From assembly GCF_018977255.1 (NCBI RefSeq), contig NW_024704742.1:117864001-117928000 (forward strand): a stretch of DNA of 64,000 nt. Direction: 5' to 3'. Positions within the stretch are counted from its first letter, which is position 1; every line of letters starts with the position of its first letter. Source of the stretch: Callorhinchus milii (Eukaryota). Shown piece after piece: positions 40,206-53,600 of the stretch. The position numbers and the translations under genes were made by a program. Below the pieces are notes generated by a model. It was not told the DNA's origin, did no database searches, and saw only the letters and a list, made by a program, of their open reading frames with translations.

Positions 40206-41039
40206 TTCTGAAAACTACAATAAGAGGAATACAAAGTCATTCAATCAGTCAGTCAAGAACTAGCCACAAGTGCTTTAACGAATGTGAAAAATGTTAGCAT
40301 CTGAAACAGAAGGAAAAGATCAGTTTTGTCATCATCAGTCAGAACTGGGCATTTGAAAATTTATAAACCAATGTGAAATTCAGCAACGAATTCATAAAAT
40401 AACATACATCATAAAGCTTCTTGAGGGACCACAGCCTTAGGAATAAGATCCTTACTTGAGTGACCTGGATTGGGTGGGCCTTTAATGTTTATGTCAAATT
40501 CTACCTTTTTCTGTTACACAACAATTGACATATATACAGTGATTTTCATGTCAGAGGGCATTTCAAGAGCTTAACACAACTAACTGGGAGTGGGACTAGT
40601 TGGTAGCTCTTTCAAAGAGGCACAATGGGTTGAATGCCCTCCTTCTGTGCTGTAAGATTTTATATTTTAAGTCAATGGTCTTAAAGCTGAGGCCAGAGAA
40701 TTGCAGGCCTGATCTTTTATGTAATAGTGGCCTTATTGGTAATCTTAAGTAACTTTTTTTCCTTTCCTCTCCCATTCAGAAAATCCTGTTTGTGCCCCTG
40801 ACAGACCTGCCTAGAGATGGGTCTTGTGGTGCAGCAGATAGACACTATCAAACTGGCCTCAAAGTAAACAAAGGAAATGGGATTGCTCTTTGTGCCCAGT
40901 ACTGTGATATGATTCTTGTGTATATTCATTTATAATGTGCTGCCTCTGCTTTCTTCTCCTTTCTGTCTCTCCAATTAATGCATGTTCAGGAGGCTGAGTA
41001 TACGCAACATACATCTAGTTCCTGAAAGGAAGTTACATT

Positions 41040-41305
41040 TCACCCACAAATATACAGTCAATTCACTTTACAGTCTATTCTGTGAAGCGCTTTGAGACGT
41101 CGAGAAGGCATGAAAAGCGCTATATCAAATGCAAGGATTATTATTATTTGTGACTCAAGACTCATTATTAAGAGATCAACTTAGAAATCTCTACATTTCT
41201 CTACATAGTCAATTCACTTTACATTATGTTCTGTGAAGCGCTTTGAGACGTCATGAAGATGTGATAAGGCGCTATATCAAATCCAAGGATTATTATTATT
41301 ATTTT
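41040..41305 (+). mobile_element. Two tandem 3' fragments of the SINE
   Basis: cagtcaattcactttaca...gcgctatatcaaat...ggattattatt occurs twice. Similar truncated copies lie near 14700, 20050, 28040, 42060, 43860, 46040, 50890, 51835 and 57720. Confidence 0.8.
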
Positions 41306-42289
41306 ATATCCATCCATTGGATGGCAATGTAACATGTGTCCTTGAGATCCACCGCAGCAGTCTGTGTCCCTGATACACTGTTCATATGATGTACAGTTTC
41401 ATGAACAAAACATCCACAACAAAACAAAAACGTTACAAGTCAAACGAATTGTGAAGAGGTCACAAGAAGTCGAAGGCTGAGGACCCGAACAGAGCACCAG
41501 GAACACAAACCAACATATCTGGGATGAGAGCGATCACTTTTAATGTTGGAGTAGAAGAATCATATGGGCATCTTTAAGTGAAATTTCTCCACTGATTTTT
41601 CACCTGGAAGGAACTGAGAACGATGGCAGAGGAAGTAATGATCACATGCAAATTAGGCAATATGACTGTAACTTTACAATAAAATAAACCAGAAGATGCA
41701 ACAATTTGTCTCTTGGGCACTCATCTTCGCCTAGAATTATAAAACTAAACGTAATTGGTGGTAGAAAAAAAATAAGCACACAAGGCATCTTGTCCGGTCT
41801 GAATTTGCTTTAAATAAATTACACATTGGCACCTGACTGATTCAATCCACAAACAACTAAACGTTTACTGCAGTATTAAACTCTGCATCACCAACACGCC
41901 TCTGCTTACCTCGCGGTAAGTAGGAACCCTGTGGTTGGTCAAGTGGAGGATCACTTTCTGGGGTTAATAATCCCTCACAACATAATAATAAATAACAATT
42001 TATTATTATTATTTTATTATTGATATATTATTTATTATTATTATGTTTTGAGTGAGTATTAAGACTGTTTGTGGGACACTGCTGTGCGCAATTGGCCGCC
42101 GCGTTTCGTCCACAAAACACAGTCAATTCACTTCACAGTATAATCTGTGAAGCGCTTCAAGACATCTCAACGATGTGATAAGGCGCTATATCAATGCCAG
42201 ACTTACATTATCATTATTATTGTTATTCCCCAAACCAACAGCGGAAAACTAACATCTATAAATAGGGCCAGAAACTCGCTCACACACAC

Positions 42290-43410
42290 ATCCGGCGATA
42301 TCGTATGACAGATCACGATGCGCTGTGAGACCACAAACTATTTATACGGATATGTTAGAGGAATATTAAAAATGGTAAATTAAAACACCATCGGGCGCAG
42401 GCGGCGACGGTCACAGCCCACCTGTCGGTCGGTCGGTCGGTCCCTGTCGCTGTTTAAAAAGCGTCTGGTTCGAGCAACGAGAAGACGTTGTCTCAGAGAA
42501 ACTCGGGAGGATGGAGGCCGGTCATCCACTCGCTGCTGCTGCACTCGCCTTCTTGAACACGTTGAGCGGCCGACGGCAGCGCTCACCGCCGGACAGGAGA
42601 TCCGAGCGGAGCAGCGCCGAGAGCACAACAACAAGAAGAAGAGCTCAGTGCCGCACAGGAGGCCGAGCGGAGCGGAGCGGCGGAGCTGAGCTCACGAGCT
42701 GCTGCAGGACCGAGATTCAAAGCTCACGCAACCGCGTGATCGCCAACCGTCGCCCGCGACGCCCGGGCACGTGCCCAGCAACTCACACACACAGTTTTGT
42801 AGCCGCCCAAAGGGCCCCCAAACACGAGCCCCAAAAGTAGCCCCAATGTGCCGGGTTGCCCCTCCTATCTTGGGCAGCAGATGGGCCCGATTTAAGTGAG
42901 CGCCTTTTCAAACTGTGTGAGGAAAGGTCTTCAAAGGGGGAGGGAAAGCGGTTTGCAGGTGGAGTTTTTTTTAATAAGTAAATCAGGCACCGTCAAAGCC
43001 CCCCCCACCACACACACACACACACACACAAGGCAATGAAACACGCCCGAACCCGCCCAATCTGGGTACATCGCGCGGGGACCGCCAACCGCCAGACCGC
43101 GAGCGCCAAGTTTGGCAGGGAGCGGTCACTGCGCATACCCGGATGTGACGTCAGCTGCGCTGCAGCCGCGTCACTTGTTTTGAGGCGTGGGGAGCGGAGG
43201 AGATGCGCGCGACGTCACCGTCTTGGACGACAACAACAACAACAACAACTTGTATTCGCGTGGGGGGGGAGGCGGCCCAGGGCGGCTCAGGGGTGGCAGA
43301 GGCCGACAAAGAGCCAAGGGCAGAGGTAGAGGGGCGGCGACCGCAAGAACCATCAAAAAGGAAGGTCGGACATCACGTCCCGGACGAGAGCAAAGAGTCG
43401 AATGTCAACA
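42290..43410. promoter_or_regulatory. CpG island, probable WDR41 promoter and non-coding exon 1
   Basis: The only strongly CpG-dense region in the window. CRE TGACGTCA at 43146-43153 overlaps an ETS site CCGGATGT. There is a GC box/CCAAT near 43092-43101 and a candidate donor CAG|GTGGGC at 42422/42421 on the - strand. Confidence 0.8.
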
Positions 43411-43412
43411 AC

Positions 43413-43736
43413 AATAATAATAATAATAATCCTCGCATTTGATATAGCGCTTTTCACGTCGGGAGGACTTCCCAAAGCGCTTCACAGAACATACTGTAAA
43501 GTGAATTGACCGTATATTTGTGGGCGAACGCGGCAGCCAATTGCGCACAGAAATGTCCCACAAACAGTCGTAGATTGAAAGTGACCAATTTATTATTGTT
43601 TTTGGTTTTTGGAGGGATTATTATTAGGCTCTGTGTGGAGTAAGGAAACTTGCCCAAGGTTTCACCCTGACCTGGAATTGAACTCAGGGCTCTCGCTTGC
43701 AAAGCGAGTGCTCTAACCACTGAGCTACAGGACTCC
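43413..43736 (-). mobile_element. Full-length tRNA-derived SINE (same family)
   Basis: Near-identical to the copy at 15011-15328. Confidence 0.88.
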
Positions 43737-44419
43737 ACGAGTCCGAGGCCCTCCAGCATCACCCTTCATGGATGCGCTCTACACCTCACGGAGCCAATAC
43801 GGAACCTCGGGTTCCTGTTTGACCCTCAACTGCCCTTCATAATAATAATAATAATAATAATAATCCTTGCACTTGATAATAGCTCCTTATCACCTCTTCG
43901 AGACGTCTCAAAGCGCTTCACAGAATATACTGTAAAGTGAATTAACTATATTTGTGGGCGAAATGCGGCAGCCAATTGCGCACAGCAGTGTCCCACAAAC
44001 AGTCGTGGATTGAGTGACCAAATTATTATTGGGTTTTTTTTTCTTGAGGGATTATTATCAGGAGTCGTATTACTAGACTATCAAATGCTTGAACCGAGTA
44101 CAGCCTATGTGCCGGTGTGGAAGGTCAGTGCAATATTCCTATCACTTAACTATGTGTGCAGGATTTACTCAATGAACTACACAATATGAGAATACTAACA
44201 ATGGCTCCACTCTTGTCACCTGCACTAAGTGTTTCTTTCTTCAGAATATCACATAGCAATAATCCTTACAATATGTTGCTCCATCCTCTCCGTGTTCCTG
44301 AGCGTTCACATCCCCATGTGGTAGCGGCAGGGTGATCAATGTTAACATGTCAGGTCAATGAACCAGGAATTGTGTTAAGCGCAGTTGGCAACACATTTTG
44401 AGCCCAACACGTTTTCATC

Positions 44420-45096
44420 CCCCACATCCGCACCATGTCTCGCTCCATCTTTCCCCATCTCTGAAACATTGACCGTCATCATCGCTGTCTCTCACCGCAG
44501 GCCGCCGAGACTCTCATACATGAATTCATTACATCCAGGCTTAACTATGCAAGCCCCCTGCTTGTCAGCCTCCCCAAATCCTTCCTCCACAGGCTGCAGA
44601 TCATCCAGTATTCTGCAACCCGTGTCCTCTCCCACACCAGGTTCCACAACCCTATCACTCCCATCCTCACCTGGCTCCACTGGCTCCCCATCACTCTGAG
44701 GTTACAGTTCAAGATCCTGGTCCTCACCTTGCTCCGCCCTACCTCCATGACCTCCTCACCACCTATTAACCTGTCCACTCCCTCCATTCAGCGGGTTCCG
44801 GCCTGCTTCACGTCACCTGCCTTGCCCGACCCACCATTGGCAGGTGGGCCTTCAGCTTCTCTGTCCCCACCTTCTGAAAGTCCATTCCACAGTCCCTCCG
44901 CCTCATCCCCTCCTTGCCTCCTTCATGATCCATCTCAAGACCCTTCTTTTCGACCTTGCCTTAGGTCACACTCCTACCCCTACCCTCTCCACTTCCTGAT
45001 CCCAACCACTAGCTCGGGTGCAGATCCCTGACTGTCCAGCACTTTGGGACATCCTCCTGACGTGAAAGGCGCTATACAAATGTAATTTGTTGTTGT
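44420..45096 (+). mobile_element. L2 LINE 3' fragment
   Basis: Degenerate ORF2 end and tail. Confidence 0.8.
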
Positions 45097-46149
45097 TTAG
45101 GCAGGATTTGAAGGTGGGGAAGGAGCGGGCAAGGCGGAGGTTTTGTTGGAGAGTTCCAGACTTTCAGGACATAGTGGCTGAAGGCAACAACAGCAAAACT
45201 TACATTTGTATAATGCCTTTCACGTTGGGAGGACACACAGCCACCGTTGGTGGAACAGAGGGGGCGAGGGACAAATAGGAAGCTGGAGCCAGCCGAGCAG
45301 AGGCAGCGGGTGGTGGAACAGGGTCTAAGCAGGTCAGATAGGTAGGGAGGTGCAAGGGAACAAAGTGATTTGAAAATGAGTGAGAGGACCTTGAAGTCGA
45401 TCCATTCGGTGATTTGGAGCCAGTGGAGCCTGACAATGTGATCACAAAACGGATAATAACAACAACAACATTACATTTTTTGTATATTTATTGTTCACTG
45501 TTCAACATGCAGAAAATCTAGTAACTGAAGTGCTGCCCCCCTCCCCCTCCCCGGACTCTATATTTACACACATCACCCCATAGCTCCGTGCTTTGGCATA
45601 AGTGAGGCTGAGGTTCAGGATGGGCTCAAGGAGCTGAAAGCCAATGGATTCCCTTAGATAGATAAACTGTATCTGAGTACTTGGAGGGAGAAAGCAAGAG
45701 ATTTGGGAAGTGCTAACAGGCATTATGAGGAGGTCGAACACAGACAAGGAGCAAGTGAATGTGGTTCATCAAAGTTGACAACCATACCTGACAACTACAG
45801 ATCTATTACCTTTACCTCAATAATTGGAAAAATTATGAAGTCATCATAATAATAAAAATGGAACATAACATATAAGAATAATAAATGACAGCCAGAAAAG
45901 GTGACATCCAAACCTTCTAAAAGAAGGGCTAGGGAGGAGCAAACTATGAAAGACTCCTTCATAAACTGATGGCACTGAATACTAAAGGTAGCAGAGGGAT
46001 TCAAAATTGGATGAAGGAAGGGAGGCACAAATTTTTCGCCCACAAATATACAGTCAATTCACTTCACAGCATAATGTGTGAAGCTCTTTGAGACATCGAG
46101 AAGACGTGAAAAGCGCTATATCAAATGCAAAGATTATTATTAGAGTGTA

Positions 46150-46590
46150 GTTGTTAGGGCTATTGGGTCAATATGAGAGGACGTATTAAGTGGGATAAGT
46201 CAGGTATCTGATCTGGGACCCTCCTGCGATCAGCATTAATGACTTGGATTGGCCAAGTCTCTAGTGGACATAGAGAAGATGTTTCCACTTGTGGGGAGAC
46301 CAGGGTCATAAATATAAAATAGTCATCAATAAATCAAATAGGGAAGTCAGAAGAAACGTCTTCACTCAGAAAGTGCTGAAAATGTGGAACTTGCTATCAC
46401 AAGGAGTAGTTGAGGGAAATAACATAGACATTTAAGGGAAGCTAGATAAGTACATGAAGGAGAAAGGAATAGAAGGTTATGCTTGAAGGCTTAGTTGAGG
46501 AAGGGCAGGAGGAGGCTCATGTGGAGGATAAATACCGGTATAGACCAGTTGGGCCGAATGGCCTGTTTCTGTGCTATACTATGTAATTTT
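46150..46590 (+). mobile_element. CR1 LINE 3' fragment
   Basis: CR1-like 3' end (ttcactcagaaagtg...gaccagttgggccgaatggcctgtttctgtgct). Confidence 0.7.
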
Positions 46591-47360
46591 ATGCCCCTCG
46601 TAGTGTCTGTCACTGGAAGGGCAGACCAGTCATTAGGGGCAGGGAGTCATCCCACTCATCTCCTGTTAACCCTGGAAGCTAAAGCCATACTGGGTAGCGT
46701 GGTCTTAGCTGGACAAGCAGCGGGAAAGCTTGCCAGACAGGCAAGTTATCAATGGCAAGCTATACAGTTTTAGCCGGTTAGATTCCAGCAGTACCTCAAT
46801 GCACACTCTGGAGTCCCCAAGCCTTGGCTCTTGCCAACCTGTGCCCAATAATTTCCAGAAATCCAGAAATTGGGTAAGCAGAGTACATCCCTCCAGGGAG
46901 AGTGTGCATTCCATTCAAATAATCTATCTGAGGAATTTCCACTTGTAGGAAGAATTCATGGAAATCTCAGTTTGGTTTGGACACTCTTAAGCATGGTGAT
47001 GGGTCTCCAAACGTGTCAGATTCCTGGCTATCATGCGCTCCAGCTTCACCATTCTTTGATAACTTATTGGTTATCTTCTGCTCACGGATTCAAACAATTA
47101 CAATACTAGTATGGGCATTTACCAGTATTTTTCAGCACTGCCAGGCATCAAACAATGCTGGTAAATGTCGGTACACTTAACCAGAAATTCCGGCTCACCG
47201 AACCGGATCTGACCTCTCCCCCCATTGGTATGATCAGCCAGGGCTTTAGTGTAAATATAACAGAATTTCTGAACAGTTTATTGATAACCACTAGATGGCA
47301 GCATTTTATAACAATAATACTGTCTGCTTGAACCAAATAACTGCATAGGTGAGGATAACT

Positions 47361-47672
47361 AATAATAATAATAATCCTTGCATTTGATATAGTGCTTTTC
47401 CCGGCTTCTAGACGTCTCAAAGCGCTTCACAGAATAGACTGTAAAGTGAATTGACTGTAATTTGTGGACAAAATGTGGCAGCCAATTGCACACAGCAGTG
47501 TCCCACAAAGAGTCGTGGATTGAAATGACCAATTTATTATTGTTTTTTTTNGAGGGATTATTATTAGGCGTGTGGAGTAAGGAAACTTGCCCAAGGTTTC
47601 ACCCTGCCAGGAGTCGAAACCAGGTCTCTCGCTTGCAAAGTGAGTGCTCTAACCACTGAGCTACAGGACTCC
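47361..47672 (-). mobile_element. Full-length tRNA-derived SINE (same family)
   Basis: tRNA head, body and (TTA)n tail; contains one ambiguous base (n) at 47551. Confidence 0.87.
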
Positions 47673-47839
47673 ACTATCACTTTGTAACTTTTTTTTAAAA
47701 AGTTCAGAATTGACTTGATCTATTTTATTTTTCTTTTATAGATCATTACCAGTGCTGAAGTACAACTACTTTGTATAGCCGATGCCTAGGATGTCCTCCC
47801 GATGTGAAAGGTACGATACAAATATAATATTGTTCTTGT

Positions 47840-49131
47840 TCTTGCCTTTCCTCTCCAAGGTACTGGAACGAGTCATTGCTTCCCAGCTTCGCTCCTTCAT
47901 CTTCTGCCACTCCCTTCACAAACAGAACAGAACAGCACAGAAATAGCTTTGGTCAAAGTGAAAAATGACATTTTGTCCATCTGCGACCAGGGATCCCTCT
48001 GCCTCCTCGTCCTCCTTGACCTCTCTGCTGCCTTCGATATCATTGACCACTCTATCCTCCTCCACCGCCTCTCCTCTCACATCACCCTTCATGGTTCTGT
48101 TCTTGAATGGTTCAGATCCCACATCTCACACTGTCTCCACTTCACCTCCACTAACGGTTTCTCCTCTAGCCCCCGCACCGTCTCGCATGGCATTCCTCAG
48201 GGCTCTGTCCTTGGTCCCCTCCTCTTCAATATCAATATGCTCCCTCTTGGTGATATCATCTGCAGACATGGGGTCAACTTCCATATGTTTGCAGATGACA
48301 CCCAACTGTATCTCTCTGCCTCCACCCTTGACTCCAGAACCACTGCTGTCCTGACAGAATGTCTGTCAGACATGAAGTCCTGGATGAGAGCAAACTTTTT
48401 TCAATTGAATGTCAACAAGACTGAGGCTCTCCTGATTGGCTCCCGTCAGCGCCCCTCACCTCAGGCACTGACAGCATCACCATCCAAGGATACACACTTG
48501 CTAAGCCAGTCCGGAACCTTGGAATCTTGTTTGACCCTCAACTATCCTTTCTATCCCATATCCATGCCATGACTCGCTCTGCCTTCCCCCACCTCCGCAA
48601 CATCGCCCGGCTCTACCACTATCTCACACAGGAGGCCACTGAAACCCTCGTACACGCATTCATAATATCCAGGCTTGACTATGCAAATTCACTGCTTGTC
48701 TGACTCCCCAACTCCTCCCTCCATAGGCTGCAGATCATACAGAACTCTGCAGCCCGTGTCCTCTCCAGCACCAGGCTCCCTGCCCATCACACAGAGTATA
48801 CATTTCAAGACCCTGGTCCTCACCTTCAAAGCCCTCCATTGCCTTGCTCCCCCCTACCTCTGTGACCTCCTAACCCCCTACTAACCAGTCTGCTCCCACC
48901 CTCTGGAACTCTATCCCGCACTCCCTCCATCTCTCCCCATCCCTTGCCTCCTTCAAGACCCATCTCAAGACCCTCCTCTTTGACTGTGCTTTCGATCACC
49001 CTCCTTCTCCCCTGCCCTCCATCCTCCCCAATCCCAACCCGCAGCTCGGGTCGGTAACGCTGATTATCCACCGCTTTGGGACGTCCTCCCGACCTGAAAG
49101 GCGTTACATAAATGTAATTTTGTTGTTGTTG
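47840..49131 (+). mobile_element. L2 LINE fragment with RT domain
   Basis: LLDLSAAFD, GIPQGSVLGPLLF and FADDTQLY motifs; frameshifted; (TTG)n tail. Confidence 0.9.
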
Positions 49132-52100
49132 AAAAATTGGAACAGATCAGAAATCCTACCAAGTTTCTAACTATGTGTGGCAACAATTTCTCTATTCCAT
49201 TAAATTCATCATTTCTGAGTAAAGGATCTGGTGTCTGCTCTGCTTTGCTTTCTGTGAGTGGGCCGTAGAGTGTAAAGCTCTTGGCTTTTGGGATTCTTGA
49301 GAATGTATCTCACCTAGTGAAGTTAGTACTAATAGAGAGATTTAGACAAAGCATGCTGTCTCTTGTTAGCAATTCCATCCGATTCTTTTTGCCTGGTAAA
49401 AATGCTTTAATAGCAGTTAGTGGAGCTACTTCATCAGCTTTTAAGAATCCACATAAGAATTTTCAACTGCCACAGCATCAAACACTAACTTTCATCACCC
49501 TAAGTGCCACAGAATTGAGTATTATTGTTTCAAAAAGGAAAGAGGAGGAGGCCATGCAGCCCATCAAGCTTTTTCTAACTTTTTTTTAGATTTTTACATG
49601 TTTTTCTCCTAATACCTCATCTTTTCAACATACCCCTAATACAAAAGTTTATGTCTGTCTCTTTTTTAGCATTTCTATTAATTCACCTCTAGTTTTCTGA
49701 GGCAGCGCATTCAGCATCTTCACAACCCTCTTGCTTCCTGACCTCTGATTTTAAGGATCCCTGTATGGATAGGAGAGGTATCTCTTATCTAACCTGACAA
49801 TTCCTTCCATTATTTTAATATCTCAATCAAATCACCTCTTAACCTCCTCTGCTCTAAGGAAAATACCCCAGTCTACTCAGCCTCTTATCATGGCTAATTC
49901 AGCTAAAGTAGTTCCATGGCTAAAACAAAATAGAACATGATCTCCAATCTGCTTTGAGCTACAAGGAATAGTAACCAAGCAACTGTAACGTTTCCTAATT
50001 TTCTAATATTTTCTTCAATGAAATGAGAAATGTGACAATGTCAACTCTCTCAGCTCCTTCAGTGTCAGTGTAAGTTCTGATAAAACGAGAAACTTTTGCG
50101 AGCTATGTTTTTTCCACAATTATCCTAATGATGTTTATCAAGTCAAACTCCCAAGAGTCTATCTGAGTTGTTTTCAAGGACATTCAAATGAGTAAAATTC
50201 TATTACTTGGACCTTCATGGTTGCTCATAAGACCAAACAAAGGCTTATTTGCAAAGCCAATAATCAGTTACCATAATGAATGGGAACCAAGATCAAATCA
50301 CCCCGCCTCTGCGAAGAATTCTTTTAACTTCAACCTGGATTATAATCGCTTATAAAGGAAGACCTTCTCAGAGTACTCTGACTACTTGTAAGACATTTTG
50401 AAGGATGTTTTGCACCTCATAATGGAGAACATCATGAAAATCCATATGGGTATTGGGTTTGCTGGATATTCTTAGTTTCGAATACTTAGTCACTAACAGT
50501 TTGTACCATTTCCACAGCTGAGTGTTGTCTGGCTTCCTCCTCTTTGGGGCTGACTTTCACCATTCATCAATCAAATTGAATGCCTTCTTAAAATCAATGA
50601 AGGTAACAAATAGGGGCAGTTGTTGTGTTGCTCCCTCGACAAGTCTGCACAGAATGTATATCTGGTTGAGACAGCTTCTCCCCACACACAAATCTGTCTG
50701 TTTTTTCTGTTGGATAGGGTCGATAAGAGGTCTTATTCTGTTAAGAAAAATATATTGTACAGCTATTCAACGATTGGCACAACACTGATTCTTCTGTAGT
50801 TCATCATTAAGTAGATTCCCCCTTTCTGCCCACGGTCCAAAGTCTGTACTTCACTGTTCTGGCACTTCACGATTTTCAAAGAGATGTGCTGATAATAATA
50901 ATTCTTGTATTTGATATAGCACCTTATCATGTCTTCTAAACGTCTCAAAGCGCTTCACAGAATATACTGTAAAGTGAATTGACTATCATTTATGGGCGAA
51001 AAGCGACAGCCAATTGCACACAGCAGTGGATATAAAATAGTGGATAAATTACCAATGAATGCATGAATAAAAACAGAAAGGGAAGTTGCTTGATGGGAAA
51101 TCAAACAATATTATTAAATTGTTCTTAGAAGACATTCTGGGGAAACTACCTGGCCCTGTGCCCTTATTCACACAGAGAAATATCAAAAGATCAATACTGA
51201 TCAGCTGTATTGGATAAAATGCAGTGTTCATGTCAGTAAAGCAATCTTCACGTGATCCAGTGGAAGCCATTTATCTGAATACCATTTCTCAAATGTACTG
51301 ATTATTTGAACCATTTGGAGGTTCCATGTATATAATTATTACCAACATATTGTATACACATTCACATGCTGAATTATACTGTGTAATAATTGTACTATTG
51401 GATTGAACATGAAATCACTTATCCTAACTATTGTAATCACTTATCCAAATATTGTAACAATAATATAAGAAGAATAAGTATTATTATTATTATCATTGAT
51501 GTTTCCCAAATTATTCAGGCAAATTATACCCAGTGGGTATTGTTTCTTTTTTTTATTTGATTTCCTAGCTTTCTTGTTTTGTTTTATTTTTAGTTATCTC
51601 TAATCCAAACCCCTCCCTCTTTCTCCTCCTGCTTGTAACATTTACCACCAAATCATATTGTGCTGATTTATTAACAGAGCTCAATACGTTAAAAAGATGT
51701 GAACAGCTAATTGCTAAAAGCTTATTTGATTTTGGCCATTAATAAATAGCAGTAAATATTGCATCAAAATATATTTTATTTCTGAAAATCCTATAGATGT
51801 TTTGCATTCAATTTTGCAACATCCTTTTGTACTAATAATACTTACATTTGGTATAGCGCCTTATCACATCATTGATACGTCTCAAAGCGCTTCACAGGAT
51901 ATACTGTAAAGTGGATTGACTGTGTATTTTGTGGGTGAAACACAACAGATAGTTCACGCACAACAATGTCCCACAAAAAGATAAGAATCAAGTGACCAAT
52001 TTTATTTGGGGAATTTGGTGGCCAGGACACGGGGAGAAACTCCTTTCTCTTCAAAAATAGTGCCATGGCATCTTTACTTTCCACCTGAACAGGCTGACAG

Positions 52101-52302
52101 GACCTCAGTTTAACGTCTCTTATCACTGCACCAGGCTGACATACACTAGAGTCAATGGTAGATCTACTTAATTCCCATAACATCTTATAAGATCATACAG
52201 AGCAAGTTAAAAGCCGTGTGGGATTTTATTTATTTATAGTTGTAATAAAAAATGATGATCATTGTATTTGTTATGGTACCTGTAACATCAAGATCCTGAA
52301 TT

Positions 52303-53600
52303 TACAACAACAACTTGCACTTATATAGTGCCCTCCATGCAGGGTAGCATCTCAGAGTGCTAAACAGTGGCGGAGCCTGACTCCAAGCCAGTGGGGGGTG
52401 GGCGTAAGTACGGTCGAAGAAGAAGGTCTTCAGACGGGACTTGAAAAAGAAGAGAGAGGGGGCAAGATGGAGGGATTGAGGGAGAGTGTTCCAGAGTCTC
52501 GGGGCGTAGTGGCTGAAAGCATGACCTCCGATAGTGGGGTGAAGGGTGCAAGGGACAAGCAGGAGGCCGGTGCCAGTCGAGTGGAGGCAGGAAGTGGATT
52601 GGGAAGTGAGGAGGTTGGAGAGGGAGGGAGGTACCAGAGAGTGAAGGTAGTTGAATACAAGTATGAGGATCTTGAAGTCGATCTGTTTGGTGATGGGTAA
52701 CCAGTGGAGCTTGGCCAGAACTGGTGAGATGTGGGCACAGAGTTTGGTCCGGGTCAGTATGGGAGTGGCAGAGTTCTGAATGAGCTGGATATTTAGAATA
52801 GTGGAGCTGGGGAGACTGGCGAGGAGTGCATTTGAGTAATCAGGGCGGGAGGTGACAAACGCATGCACAAGGGTTTTGGCTGCAGTTGGGGTAAGGTATG
52901 GTCGGAGGCGAGCAATGTGGTGGTGGTGGAAGAAGGTGGTCCTGGTCAGGGACTGGATGTGGGCAAGGAAGGACAGCTGGGCATCAAACCAGACACCTAG
53001 ATTGCATACTGCTTTGGTGAGTCTGACGGACAGCCCAGGGAGATTGACAAGTTTAGATCCGCAGGTCCTCATTTAGCTGCAGGAAGTTTACACTCATCCA
53101 GGCCCTGATATCTGCCAGACAGGCTGATAGAACATCAGCGGACCTGGAGTTGGTACTGGAGAAGGCAAAGTAGATTTGTGTGTCATCTGCATACATGTGG
53201 AAATCTGTGGATGACATCGCCCAGAGAGAGTATATAGATAAGGAAAAGAAGAGGGTCAAGGCTGGAGCTGGAGGGTCGGGAGGAGAGATTTCTATAGCGT
53301 CCTTCACGAAGGGAGTGTCTCAAAGTGGTTAACAGTAGCGGAGCCTGATGCTGAGCTGGGGGGTGTGATGGTAAGCATGGTTGAAGAGGAAGATCTTCAG
53401 GCATGATCTGAAAATGGGGAAGGATGGGACTACATGGAGGGATTGTGGGAGACAGTTCCAATGTTTTGCGTGTGGCTGAAATCATGGCTGCCAATGGTGG
53501 AGCAGATGGGATGAGGGACAAGCAAGAGCCAAGCAGAGGTAGGGAGATGCCAGGATGTGAAGGGATTTGTAGACGAGCGTGAGGATTTTGAAGTTGATCC
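52303..53600 (-). mobile_element. Composite L2 LINE fragments
   Basis: MYADDTQIY and LHWLPITKQIDFKIL peptides; L2 tail at 52303. Confidence 0.87.

Noticed and set aside
41040..41305. CRISPR-like repeat-spacer array
   Set aside because: Only two SINE 3' fragments, with no regular spacing and no cas genes.
41906..41921. Back-to-back splice donors (cttacctcgcggtaag) as an alternative WDR41 5' exon
   Set aside because: It lies at the edge of a SINE-related repeat and has no evident acceptor or promoter; unsupported without transcript data.
42380..43442. Arg/Gly-rich and poly-Asn/Gln ORFs in the CpG island
   Set aside because: Expected by-products of high GC content and (AAC)n/(AAT)n repeat tails.
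47949..48572. Reverse-transcriptase ORFs as a retron or defence-type system
   Set aside because: These are ordinary truncated, frameshifted L2 ORF2 fragments with L2 tails in a vertebrate genome; the same applies at 25890 and 52302.
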